Shown here: one piece after another, positions 26,689 through 36,145 of the stretch
Numbering within the stretch: the first letter of the stretch is position 1
Layout of the letters: every line of letters starts with the position of its first letter
Assembly: GCA_937949785.1 (NCBI GenBank)
Contig: CALEDH010000013.1
Location: 7,519-71,518 of the forward strand
Direction: 5' to 3'
Origin: an uncultured Sulfolobales archaeon
GTDB taxonomy: Archaea > Thermoproteota > Thermoprotei_A > Sulfolobales > NBVN01
Length of the DNA: 64,000 bases
Position numbers and translations under genes: made by a program
The notes under the pieces: generated by a model
The model's input: only the letters and a program-made list of their open reading frames with translations
Told to the model about the DNA's origin: nothing
The model's database searches: none

Positions 26689-26709
26689 AACTACCTACCA
26701 ATTAATACT

Positions 26710-27039
26710 ATGGAGCTTAAGATGGTTAACTCTAAAGCCTATGAAAGATTGAAAAGAAAGATGACCGTTGAGAATCTATGGCTATACGTTATTAAGGTAT
26801 TAAAGGATGTGGGTGAGTTAAGAGCTTACGATATTAAAAAGGAGTTGATTAAGAGATTTGAAATTAAACCAGCTACTATAACTGTGTATGCGGTGATATA
26901 CAAGATGGTTAGGGATGAACTCATAGAGTCCGTAAGCAGCCCTGACGGCACTAGATATAGAGTAACTAAGAAGGGTTTGGAGACCTTTGATCAAGGCATT
27001 ACCTATATAGATAGGCTCATTAAAATACTAAGCAGTTAA
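26710..27039 (+). CDS. PadR-family transcriptional regulator
   Basis: 109 aa winged-helix; ENLWLYVIKVLKD..LRAYDIKKEL...VYAVIYKMVRDELIE pattern. Confidence 0.7.
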   Translation: MELKMVNSKAYERLKRKMTVENLWLYVIKVLKDVGELRAYDIKKELIKRFEIKPATITVYAVIYKMVRDELIESVSSPDGTRYRVTKKGLETFDQGITYIDRLIKILSS

Positions 27040-27227
27040 TTATGGTTCCCTGAAAGCTTACACAGGCCTTACCTTCTTGAGGGGTAATACAGCAGACCTA
27101 ACATTTCATACACGACCTCCTACCGTTGACGGTATAGGCCTTAGAATATGTAAGCTATATGGAAATTAGCGTCTGTAATCCAGTAGCGGTAGGTATATAA
27201 TTCATAACTTTTAAATCCTATAAAGGT

Positions 27228-27647
27228 GTGGTGATGAGGGTTTATACGAAAGAGTTAACCTTAAGTACTAAGAAGAGAGTTGAAGTTATAAAAATAACTG
27301 ACTATGTTAATCAGGTTGTTAGGGAGTCCGAAATTAACGAAGGTGTAGTAGTAATATATGCGCCTCACGCCACAGTAGCCATAATAATCAACGAGTTTGA
27401 ACCTAGATTAACTGAAGACTATGTTGGATGGATAATGAGACACATACCTCCAAACGCTGGTTGGAGACATGATGAAATAGATGACAATGCTTATGCTCAT
27501 ATCGCCTCAGCTATCATCGGTCCTAGTAAGGCTGTCCCTCTGAGTAAGGGACACCTACTACTCGGGACTTGGCAGGACGTTATGCTATTAGAACTTGATG
27601 GTCCCAGACACCTAAGGAAGGTAGTAGTTCAGGTCATAGGTGATTAA
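27228..27647 (+). CDS. YjbQ/UPF0047 family protein (secondary thiamine-phosphate synthase-like)
   Basis: 139 aa; IYAPHATVAIIINE, NAYAHI, LGTWQ motifs typical of UPF0047. Confidence 0.75.
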   Translation: MVMRVYTKELTLSTKKRVEVIKITDYVNQVVRESEINEGVVVIYAPHATVAIIINEFEPRLTEDYVGWIMRHIPPNAGWRHDEIDDNAYAHIASAIIGPSKAVPLSKGHLLLGTWQDVMLLELDGPRHLRKVVVQVIGD

Positions 27648-27703
27648 ACCAATATAGGTTAAATTATGATTACTTCCAAACCTACGCAGTAGTTAATGTC
27701 TGT

Positions 27704-29188
27704 TTAAACCATGGTAATTATCTTACCTAGTACTTTATTGAGGTGGTTAAAGCATCTCTCCATAATCTCATCAACGTTTCCCGTCGAGCAGCATAATTCC
27801 TCATCATCACCTACTAATCTAACCTCAGATTTAATACCCCTCCTTAAGTTATTGATGACGAGCACGTGAGGTGCTAATAAAGTAATTATATCTTTATTTA
27901 AGTCCCTATAGCTGCCTAAGATGGTTGGCTTTACCAATTCTTTAGATACCTCTCTGAAAATCCTACTTAGCTTTACAGCATCTCCTATAGTTTGAAGCTT
28001 ATCGATAAACCACTTAAAATGATCTGTTAAGGACTCCTTAAGTACTTGATAGTACTCATGAAACTCCAGTCTTTCAACCTCGAAATTGTTAACGCTGTCA
28101 ACGATCCAGCTCACCAAGCTATCCGTGAATAACTCTACATCATACCAAGTATCTAAGTCTGTATGATATACCTCATCTATATCTCTCATGTTTTGAAGGG
28201 TTATCGTTGGGATACCCATAGAGCTAAAAGTTAGTCCATCAGTATATGGGTGGTCGAAGCCCTCATATACGTAGTTAATTGAGGAGTGTTTCACGAAGAA
28301 CCTACCTATCTCAGGACCTGTTGCATTAACCCTTACCGGCTCCTTACATGCGGTATCTAAGTTAACTACAAATTCCACATTACTTAGATCAGATGTCCTG
28401 GCATACTCCCTCGACCCGTAAGACCAGTACCAAGGGCTTAGGTTAGGATTACCGAATTCTTCAGCGGTAAAGCTCACTAACCTTAAGGCGTACTTAGGGG
28501 TTTTAGAGGTGGAAGTCCTCTCAACCAACTTCATTAAAGTATAAAGACCTATAAGATTATCTCTAAACCCTGTTAACCACCTATCATGATGTGCTGAAAC
28601 TAATACCTCACCTTCCTTGCGACCACCTACGAATGCCTCTACGTTATACCCTATACCTGACTTTACCTCAGTTACACATCTTAGGTCTACATGAGACCTT
28701 ACCAACCTCCTCAGCTTAATACCGTCTTCATATTTCACGTGAACAGCTGGGATTGGTGGGTAACTACCTCGGCCTGATGAATAACTCCACACACCTGTAA
28801 CTACTATCCTTCTATACCTGCTCGGAAATTCGTCGTAGAAAATTACCGCCTCAGCACCTAACTCAACCGCTAAGTTATAAAGCACCCATATGTTGTCTGG
28901 GAAATCCGTAGTACTTACTACTAAGATCTTACCATCACAACTACTTAAATCATCTGTTAGCACCCCCTGCATATCGTAGCTACGGATAGGTGGTAGACAC
29001 ACACAGCGGTAACTGCTTACATAACAACCTAAGTCCTTCCAAGATAATACGTTGATAGGATATATTTTTGGGTGAATCCCCACCTCTTCTAAGTAACTCC
29101 TTAATTTAACGATTACAGATAGTTCTTCTTCAGAACCAGCTATAACATCACTTACAGATGATAACTCACTTAATAATTCTGCAGACAA
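27704..29188 (-). CDS. M28-family metallopeptidase (aminopeptidase-like)
   Basis: VSAHHDRW (His/Asp ligands), SFTAEEFG (Glu-Glu), DT..LD; 494 aa. Confidence 0.6.
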   Translation of the reverse strand: MSAELLSELSSVSDVIAGSEEELSVIVKLRSYLEEVGIHPKIYPINVLSWKDLGCYVSSYRCVCLPPIRSYDMQGVLTDDLSSCDGKILVVSTTDFPDNIWVLYNLAVELGAEAVIFYDEFPSRYRRIVVTGVWSYSSGRGSYPPIPAVHVKYEDGIKLRRLVRSHVDLRCVTEVKSGIGYNVEAFVGGRKEGEVLVSAHHDRWLTGFRDNLIGLYTLMKLVERTSTSKTPKYALRLVSFTAEEFGNPNLSPWYWSYGSREYARTSDLSNVEFVVNLDTACKEPVRVNATGPEIGRFFVKHSSINYVYEGFDHPYTDGLTFSSMGIPTITLQNMRDIDEVYHTDLDTWYDVELFTDSLVSWIVDSVNNFEVERLEFHEYYQVLKESLTDHFKWFIDKLQTIGDAVKLSRIFREVSKELVKPTILGSYRDLNKDIITLLAPHVLVINNLRRGIKSEVRLVGDDEELCCSTGNVDEIMERCFNHLNKVLGKIITMV

Positions 29189-29189
29189 A

Positions 29190-29897
29190 TTAAACTACCT
29201 CACTTATTAGTAGACTTAACACCTTCAACTTACCTCTAAACTTATAGACCTCATATGAAATTAGAGATGCTGCTAAGGCCTTCATAAAATCCCAAATTAT
29301 GAACGGCATAATACCACGGAGGAATGCGACATACATTGAAGTAAGTATGCTGTTAAAACCTACTATAAGTGTGTAGTATGTTGATAACCATAACCAGCCG
29401 AAGAGGTAAACAGCAGCTATGATTGTAATCGATGTAAGCATTAACCTAACTATATCCCTACCCCTACTTAAGTAACGTCCTAGTAGGCCTGCTACTAGAA
29501 ACCCTATTAAATATCCTGTAGTAGGGCTTACAACGTATTGAAGTCCACCGCCATATGCGAATACTGGGAGTCCTGCAAAACCTAGCATTAAGTATGTTAA
29601 GATTGTTTTCCAGGCATCACTCCCAAACATCAATATTATCATTACCAACACAAATGTTTGGAATGTGAATGGTATTTCAGTAAACGGGATGATAAATGAT
29701 GCCCGCGCCGATAGTGCCATAAGTAAAACACCTACTAACACAGCTATAACCTTCGAAAGCAATCTGATACCACTCCTCACATCTCCCCCAGCAATTAACA
29801 ACCACCTACCACCATCTTCTAAGTAAACCACCCTATCCGACTTCAACACGCTCTTAACAATGGTTATTAGTCTTGAAGCCCTACCCTTCATCACCAT
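29190..29897 (-). CDS. bioY: BioY biotin transporter (ECF S-component); N-terminal ~50 aa may be over-extended
   Basis: Multi-TM, PFTFQTFVLVM, GYLIGFLVAGLL typical BioY segments. Confidence 0.65.
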   Translation of the reverse strand: MVMKGRASRLITIVKSVLKSDRVVYLEDGGRWLLIAGGDVRSGIRLLSKVIAVLVGVLLMALSARASFIIPFTEIPFTFQTFVLVMIILMFGSDAWKTILTYLMLGFAGLPVFAYGGGLQYVVSPTTGYLIGFLVAGLLGRYLSRGRDIVRLMLTSITIIAAVYLFGWLWLSTYYTLIVGFNSILTSMYVAFLRGIMPFIIWDFMKALAASLISYEVYKFRGKLKVLSLLISEVV

Positions 29898-29972
29898 AAC
29901 CCTTAAATGCTTAGGGGTTTAAACATATAAATCTTTTAAAACTGATTAGGATATCTACTAACGTGAATTTAC

Positions 29973-31181
29973 ATGAATACCGGTAATTACCCGTTGAAAG
30001 ATATTAGGGTTATCGACCTTACCTCAGCTATGGCTGGCCCTTTCGCTACGATGATATTAGCTGACTTAGGGGCCGACGTAATTAAGGTTGAACCTCCTTC
30101 AGGCGACCATGCTAGGGATTGGGGACCTCCATTCTACTCAGATAAGTACAGTGCTTACTTCGCATCAGTTAATAGGGGGAAGAGAAGTATTGCAGTAGAT
30201 TTAAGGAAGAATGAGGGGAGGGAAATACTCTACAGATTGATCAGTAACTCACATGTCTTCATAGAATCCTTCAGACCTGGCGTGGCTGTAAGGCTTAAAA
30301 TAGATTATGATACGTTACATCAGATCAACCCTAAAATCGTATATTGCTCAATATCTGGTTACGGTCAGTACGGCCCGTATAAAGACCTGCCTGGGTACGA
30401 CCTAATAGCTTTAGCAATGAGCGGTTTAATGGATCTAACCGGTGAGCCCGGCAGACCACCAGTTAAGTTCGGAGTACCTATAAGTGATATCATTACAGGT
30501 ATGTACGCAGTGATAGCTATTCTATCAGCTCTTCGCCTAGGTGTTGGAACGCATATAGATCTATCGTTGTTAGATAGTTCAATATCAATACTAACACATC
30601 AAGCCAGCTATTACTTCACACTTGGTGAGGATCCGCAGAGAATGGGGAGTGCCCACCCAAACATAGTTCCGTATCAAGCATTTAAGGCTAGAGATGGTTA
30701 CTTCGTAGTAGCGGTTGGCAATGATAGCATCTGGAAAGACTTCTGTCTATGTATAGGTATGCCTGAGCTGATAAACGATCCGAGGTTTTCAACAAACTAT
30801 GAGAGGGTCAAACATAGGGGAGAACTAAGCGAGTTACTTGAAGGTATGTTTAGCAATGAAGATGTTAACTTCTGGATCACGAAGCTGAGGGATGCTGGAA
30901 TACCAGCAGCCCCGGTAAATAGGGTTAGTCAAGCTCTAAGTGACCCCCACATCGCATCAAGGGAGATGGTTAGGGAGGTACGTCATGAAGCATTAGGTAT
31001 TATAAAGATGATATCAAGTCCTATTAAGTTCTTAAGAAACGCTATCAGCGTCGGTAAGTATGAAGCACCGCCACGGTTAGGGGAACATACAACTGAAGTG
31101 CTTAAGGAATTAGGTTATAATTACGAGGAGGTAGAGACATTAATTAAGGAGAAAGTGGTTTTCGTAAATCCAACGCTGTAG
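29973..31181 (+). CDS. Family III CoA-transferase (CaiB/BaiF)
   Basis: IRVIDLTSAMAGPFATMILADLGADVIKVE, GYDLIALAMSGLM, HPNIVPYQAF. Confidence 0.85.
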   Translation: MNTGNYPLKDIRVIDLTSAMAGPFATMILADLGADVIKVEPPSGDHARDWGPPFYSDKYSAYFASVNRGKRSIAVDLRKNEGREILYRLISNSHVFIESFRPGVAVRLKIDYDTLHQINPKIVYCSISGYGQYGPYKDLPGYDLIALAMSGLMDLTGEPGRPPVKFGVPISDIITGMYAVIAILSALRLGVGTHIDLSLLDSSISILTHQASYYFTLGEDPQRMGSAHPNIVPYQAFKARDGYFVVAVGNDSIWKDFCLCIGMPELINDPRFSTNYERVKHRGELSELLEGMFSNEDVNFWITKLRDAGIPAAPVNRVSQALSDPHIASREMVREVRHEALGIIKMISSPIKFLRNAISVGKYEAPPRLGEHTTEVLKELGYNYEEVETLIKEKVVFVNPTL

Positions 31182-31326
31182 AAAACCTCTTCAAACATTT
31201 TATTAGGTTCCAGAACTGTGATGTAGGGATAACTCTCACCAACCTGGTAAATAAGTTTAGACTGTCATATCTGTTAAGGATAACCATTTATTTAAATTTA
31301 GCTGAAGGATTAATTGTTAGGGGGAT

Positions 31327-31569
31327 ATGTCGATGTCAAAGATCAAGATAATTGACCTCAGGTATAGAGAACCTGGATGTACTAGCCACCCGGCAATCCT
31401 GCTGAACAACTTCTTAAGAGAGCTAAAAGAACCTGAAGCTCTGATTAGGGTTACCACTGAAGACATACCGGTTAAGGTACTTGAGGTATTCGTCGATAGG
31501 TATGGATATAAAGTTTCTGCAGTAAGAGAATTATTAGGTTATGTAGAGGTGCTAATTTCAAAGGCCTAA
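31327..31569 (+). CDS. Small TusA/SirA-like protein (divergent, GCTSHP in place of CPxP)
   Basis: 80 aa; the alpha/beta pattern IIDLR..GC..P...L......EALIRVTTED...V..F....GYKV resembles the TusA fold. Confidence 0.35.
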   Translation: MSMSKIKIIDLRYREPGCTSHPAILLNNFLRELKEPEALIRVTTEDIPVKVLEVFVDRYGYKVSAVRELLGYVEVLISKA

Positions 31570-31638
31570 AACGTTGAAACCTCATAACCACGCTGCGAAG
31601 CTGTAATAGCGGTCTACTCAAAAAAGTCTAAGCATAGG

Positions 31639-31929
31639 TTAAGATACCTTATCTTCCTCGGTGGTCGGTTTCTGTGCTTCACTACCTACGCTCTTAAGCT
31701 CTTTTTCAATCTCCTCTTCAATCTCCTCTATAGGTTTTGGCATCGGGGTTGTCGCTAATGTGTATCCAATCCAAGCCAGGATCCCGAAGACCGCTGCTAT
31801 AGCTATAAAGCCAGTTAACTTAAGGATGAGGATGGCTAAATCACTTAGAAATACTAACCAAGCATAGACGAGGATCACTACAGCGGAGACCGCCATCATA
31901 CCAATACCTAAAACCTGATCTCTACTCAA
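31639..31929 (-). CDS. Small membrane protein (2 TM) with acidic C-terminal tail
   Basis: Two hydrophobic spans, then EEIEEEIEKELK; no family recognised. Confidence 0.4.
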   Translation of the reverse strand: MSRDQVLGIGMMAVSAVVILVYAWLVFLSDLAILILKLTGFIAIAAVFGILAWIGYTLATTPMPKPIEEIEEEIEKELKSVGSEAQKPTTEEDKVS

Positions 31930-31996
31930 TTAAATCCCCATATTAACTAGAAAATGCTTAAATATTTAAGCTTAATTAAACTCCTATGAATGAGAG

Positions 31997-32491
31997 ATGC
32001 ACTACGTTGCATTCGATGTTGACGGCGTCCTAGTGGATATAAGTGAGAGGTTTAATGTAGCTGAGAAGCTATCTAGATATAGCGGGGACTTCTGGAATAA
32101 GTTTTTCAACGTAGATTTAATACGCTTAGATAGGCCTAGGGAGGTGGTAAGAGAGTTAATTAAGTATAAAACAGAGAAGTACGGATTAATCATAATATCT
32201 GGGAGGCCTCAGAAACTCTACCATTCTACGTTAAATCAACTAACATCCTTCTACAATGTGAGGCCTGCTAAAATCTATATGAGAAGTACTTATGATTATA
32301 GACCTGCTAGCATTGTTAAGTTAGAACTTATAGAGAAAGCGTTAAATGAGGGTTTCCAGATAATTGAATACCACGACGATGAAGAGGAAGTCTTAAACGT
32401 TATTAAGCATTTATATCCAAGTATAACCCTCTACCTCCATAGCGGAGCCTCATATAGTGTTTATTGGGAAAGTATTAAGAACTACGTTTAA
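31997..32491 (+). CDS. HAD-superfamily hydrolase (small phosphatase-like)
   Basis: Motif I AFDVDGVLVD, motif II IISGR, acidic motif HDDEEE. Confidence 0.5.
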   Translation: MHYVAFDVDGVLVDISERFNVAEKLSRYSGDFWNKFFNVDLIRLDRPREVVRELIKYKTEKYGLIIISGRPQKLYHSTLNQLTSFYNVRPAKIYMRSTYDYRPASIVKLELIEKALNEGFQIIEYHDDEEEVLNVIKHLYPSITLYLHSGASYSVYWESIKNYV

Positions 32492-32517
32492 GAAGATTAA
32501 CATTTTAGCAGAGTAGA

Positions 32518-33111
32518 TTAAAGCCCTAACTCATTGTGGATAGACTTCAACGCCTCTAAAGAAATCGATGCAAAATCCTCTAAACTTAACCCTAATTTCC
32601 CACATAATAATATTCTACTCCTATCAACACTCCTCGCAAAGTCTTTCTGCTTAAACTTCTTAAGTAATGACTCAACACGTACCTCATCTAATTTCTTATT
32701 TGGCATGACAAGTGCTGTAGCAACTATTAAACCGGCTATCTGATCCGATATTTTAAGAGCGTAAGAGAGCTTTAATTCCGAAGTACGGCCTGTAAGCTCG
32801 TTATGTGAGGCTATAGCTTCTAAAACTTCAATCGGCAGTAAGTCCTCTAACATCTCAACTGCAAGTAAACCATGCTTACTTAAATCCTTACCAACTAACT
32901 CGTAATCCAAATCATGAAGTAAGCCTGTAATACCCCATAACTCCTCATCCTCACCTAACCTACGAGCTAAAGACCTCATAATAGCCTCGACTGCTAAGGA
33001 ATGCTTTAAATTCCTGTCGTTAAGTACATACCTACTCAGGAATTTAAACGCCTCATCCCTGCTAATCATTATGTGATCCATAGATAATTTTAGAGTGAGG
33101 TAAAAGAGCAA
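32518..33111 (-). CDS. HD-domain phosphohydrolase
   Basis: H...LLHDLDY (HD dyad), ASHN; the start is probably the internal Met (MISRDEA). Confidence 0.65.
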   Translation of the reverse strand: MLFYLTLKLSMDHIMISRDEAFKFLSRYVLNDRNLKHSLAVEAIMRSLARRLGEDEELWGITGLLHDLDYELVGKDLSKHGLLAVEMLEDLLPIEVLEAIASHNELTGRTSELKLSYALKISDQIAGLIVATALVMPNKKLDEVRVESLLKKFKQKDFARSVDRSRILLCGKLGLSLEDFASISLEALKSIHNELGL

Positions 33112-33358
33112 TTATGAAAAATACGTGTTTGAGAACTAGAACTAATTTCCTTACTGACTGTAAGTTAAGTAAAGCTTTAAGAGTTCCTATCCGCTATCGA
33201 CGACGGTATGGCTGCTAGGGAGTGGGTGCACCATAACACTCTAATATAATAGCTGTGAGGAGTCCTCAGTGGTACCTGCCGGTAGGGCTCCGACGAATCC
33301 ATGAACTGTGAGTAGGTTTTGATGGTTTACAGGGGTTGTAAGGTTTTTAAATTATATA

Positions 33359-34120
33359 ATGTGTGATGTTTTAGGTGGTGGATTGCTTAAAATTAAGCAG
33401 GTAGGTAAGTTTGAATCCGGTAATAAGCCGTTAATCGTCGGCCTTCCAGGCATGGGTGGTGTAGCCTACATAGTAACTAACCACATCATAGCGTCTACGT
33501 CCTCTAAGTTAGTCGCTGAGTTTTATATGTACAGTTACCCACCACAAATTAATATTAACAACGGAACAGCAACCCTATTAAAAGCCGTCCTCTACGACAC
33601 ACCTATAGGTTTGGTGTTAGCGGCTAATGCCCAACCAACAACGTCTGAAGCGCAAAACGAGTTCTGCGATAACATCTTAGAATTCCTATGTAAAAACGGT
33701 TTAGATAAGGTAATAGCTACTGCTGCCTATGTGGTAGGCAATGTAAGCAGTAAGAGAAACGTATATGTGACCGGTAATAGCGAGAAGCTAATTAATGAGT
33801 TCTTAAAGCTAGATGTCCAACTCTTAAAGAGCGGCGTGGTTTCAGGGATTAACGGAGCTATAGTTGGTTGGGCATCATATTATGACATACCTGCAGTAGT
33901 ACTTTTATCGGAGACCTGGGAATCGATAGTTCAAGTTGATGAATTTGACTACAGGGCAGCTAAACACGTACTAACCATTCTAGGCAAGTACTTAAATTAT
34001 GAGATGGATACCAGCGCTCTTGACTCTATGGCAGACCATGTAGAGAGTAAGGTAATCGAGTTAGTCACAAAATCTTTAAAGCAGTTCGGAATTAAGAAAG
34101 TTTCTAAAGACATCATGTAA
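33359..34120 (+). CDS. PAC2-family (proteasome assembly chaperone-like) protein
   Basis: PLIVGLPGMGGVAYIV N-terminal motif and 253-aa size typical of archaeal PAC2/DUF75. Confidence 0.55.
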   Translation: MCDVLGGGLLKIKQVGKFESGNKPLIVGLPGMGGVAYIVTNHIIASTSSKLVAEFYMYSYPPQININNGTATLLKAVLYDTPIGLVLAANAQPTTSEAQNEFCDNILEFLCKNGLDKVIATAAYVVGNVSSKRNVYVTGNSEKLINEFLKLDVQLLKSGVVSGINGAIVGWASYYDIPAVVLLSETWESIVQVDEFDYRAAKHVLTILGKYLNYEMDTSALDSMADHVESKVIELVTKSLKQFGIKKVSKDIM

Positions 34121-34131
34121 GGTTTTCCAAG

Positions 34132-34785
34132 TTGACGGTCAAGGCAGTAATATTCGACTTAGACGGTACCTTAGTAGACAGCAATGAAGCGCACGCCATT
34201 GCCTGGGTCAACGCATATAGATTAGCTGGATATGGTGAGGTATCAATAGAGGAAGTACGTAAGAACATCGGTGCTAGGGGGGACTTAATAACAGAGAGGG
34301 TTCTCGGTAAGGAAGCTGTTAAAGACTACCGAAGGATAAGATCATTTAAAGATAGAGTCTTCCTACATCTACTTAGAGAAGGTAAAGTAGTAGTTTTTCC
34401 TGAGGTCTACTACATACTGAAGACCTTAAGACGTTATGGAATTAAACTATCTGTTGCTACGTCTACATCAATACCCTTACTCATAATAATGCTTGAATTC
34501 TTTAATATAATTAATTACTTTGATTCATTAGTTGCAGGCGAGGAAGTGGTAAGAAGTAAGCCAGACCCTCATCTCTACCTTAAGGCATTAAGACTCACTG
34601 GAACCTCACCCCAAGAAACTTTAATCGTAGGTGATACCGAATTCGACGTAATACCGGCTAAGAACATCGGTGCGACCTCAGTATACATCAAACGACCTGG
34701 GAATGTAGGCCCGTTAAATGTTAAACCTGATTACATAGTTAAAGACCTTACAGAACTAGCTAAGATAATCCTACAGAGATGGTGA
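34132..34785 (+). CDS. HAD hydrolase, beta-phosphoglucomutase/phosphatase-like
   Basis: VIFDLDGTLVDS, SVATST, KPDP, VGDTEFD (all four HAD motifs). Confidence 0.8.
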   Translation: MTVKAVIFDLDGTLVDSNEAHAIAWVNAYRLAGYGEVSIEEVRKNIGARGDLITERVLGKEAVKDYRRIRSFKDRVFLHLLREGKVVVFPEVYYILKTLRRYGIKLSVATSTSIPLLIIMLEFFNIINYFDSLVAGEEVVRSKPDPHLYLKALRLTGTSPQETLIVGDTEFDVIPAKNIGATSVYIKRPGNVGPLNVKPDYIVKDLTELAKIILQRW

Positions 34786-34924
34786 TGTAAGGATTGGGGA
34801 AGGATAGAAAGGTAGAGACTTAGTACCTATGAAGACTTCCCTTTAAAAGATGTATCACCTACTTACCCATTAGTAATGAGAGCCACTATGAAGTAGGATG
34901 GGGTGAGGTTAACCTGAAATGCTA

Positions 34925-36142
34925 TCATTCATACCTAAGTGCTTCAACCGGGTTGAGTCTCGCTGCTCTCCAGGATGGGTAAATGGAGGCAATCGCTGTG
35001 GTGAAGATTGAAAGCGAAAGCGCTATGAATGTATAGTAGTAGCTTATTATTGGTGTGTAGTTAGTAAAGCCTGAGGGACTTCCAGGTCCTCCACCAACAC
35101 CCGGCCCTACCCTAAACATCGTTGTGAATACGTACGTAAGGGTATGGGATAGTAGAAAACCTAATCCAAGTCCTAGCAACCCACCTACAACCCCTATTAA
35201 CGTTCCCTGAGTTAAGTACGTGAGCAGTACTTCAGAATCCTTCATACCTAGCGCCTTTATTAATCCTATTTCCCTAACCCTCTCAAGAACTGAGATCATC
35301 ATGATGTTAAAAGTCCCTAAACCAGCCGCTATGAATGAAGTGCTGGCTATGCTTACTAACAGCATGTTTATCTGATTTAAAATCGTTGTGAAGGTGTTTA
35401 TGATTGACTGTACTGTCATTACTCTAGCCCGCGTACCTAGTAGTAATCTAATGTTATCTACTACATCGTTAACTAAGCCTACATCTGAGGCTTTAACCAT
35501 AATCGCTGAGTACCCCTGACCTCCACCAAACTTCATAAAGAAGTCTAAGGGAATGTAGATAGTGTCATCTGGGGATGATATAAGTGGGGTTGTACCGTAG
35601 TAGTTAAGAATTCCTAACACGTTTAGGACTAACGTTCTCGTACCTAACCTAACAACTACTACCTGACCTACATCGATTATTTTCCTACCAGTCGTCCTAT
35701 CATAAGCTACGTTATAGCCGATAACCGCTGCAGGCATAGGTGAGTCTGAGAATAAGTTACCTTCAATTAGGTCCACACTCCCTCCTAGTAATTCCTTAAG
35801 CTCGTAAGACCTCACACCAACGACTGAGACCCTAATATTCAGACCCTCAACACTCCCACTTAAACTCCTCATAGGTATGATACTGACAACATTAGGTATT
35901 TCAGAAATTCTGTATAAGTCAACATCGCTTAGCAATCTAGTACCGGCGGAGGTAACTAATATCGTAGACGGTCCAAGCCTCTCGAAATTAGCTATGAAAC
36001 TAAGGTAAAGTCCTTGAGTATGCGATGATAGTGCCACTATAATCATAACCCCAACAGCAACTGCGAGTATGGTAATGACCGTCCTCAGCCTTCTCTGAAT
36101 GAGCTGCTTCCATGCCAGCCTAACCAGGTCATAGAGATTCAC
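34925..36142 (-). CDS. ABC transporter permease, MacB/FtsX type
   Basis: N-terminal TM, large extracytoplasmic domain, C-terminal FtsX 3-TM bundle; ERVREIGLIKALGM and ASIYPSWRAARLNPVEALRYE. Confidence 0.8.
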   Translation of the reverse strand: MNLYDLVRLAWKQLIQRRLRTVITILAVAVGVMIIVALSSHTQGLYLSFIANFERLGPSTILVTSAGTRLLSDVDLYRISEIPNVVSIIPMRSLSGSVEGLNIRVSVVGVRSYELKELLGGSVDLIEGNLFSDSPMPAAVIGYNVAYDRTTGRKIIDVGQVVVVRLGTRTLVLNVLGILNYYGTTPLISSPDDTIYIPLDFFMKFGGGQGYSAIMVKASDVGLVNDVVDNIRLLLGTRARVMTVQSIINTFTTILNQINMLLVSIASTSFIAAGLGTFNIMMISVLERVREIGLIKALGMKDSEVLLTYLTQGTLIGVVGGLLGLGLGFLLSHTLTYVFTTMFRVGPGVGGGPGSPSGFTNYTPIISYYYTFIALSLSIFTTAIASIYPSWRAARLNPVEALRYE

Positions 36143-36145
36143 TAC

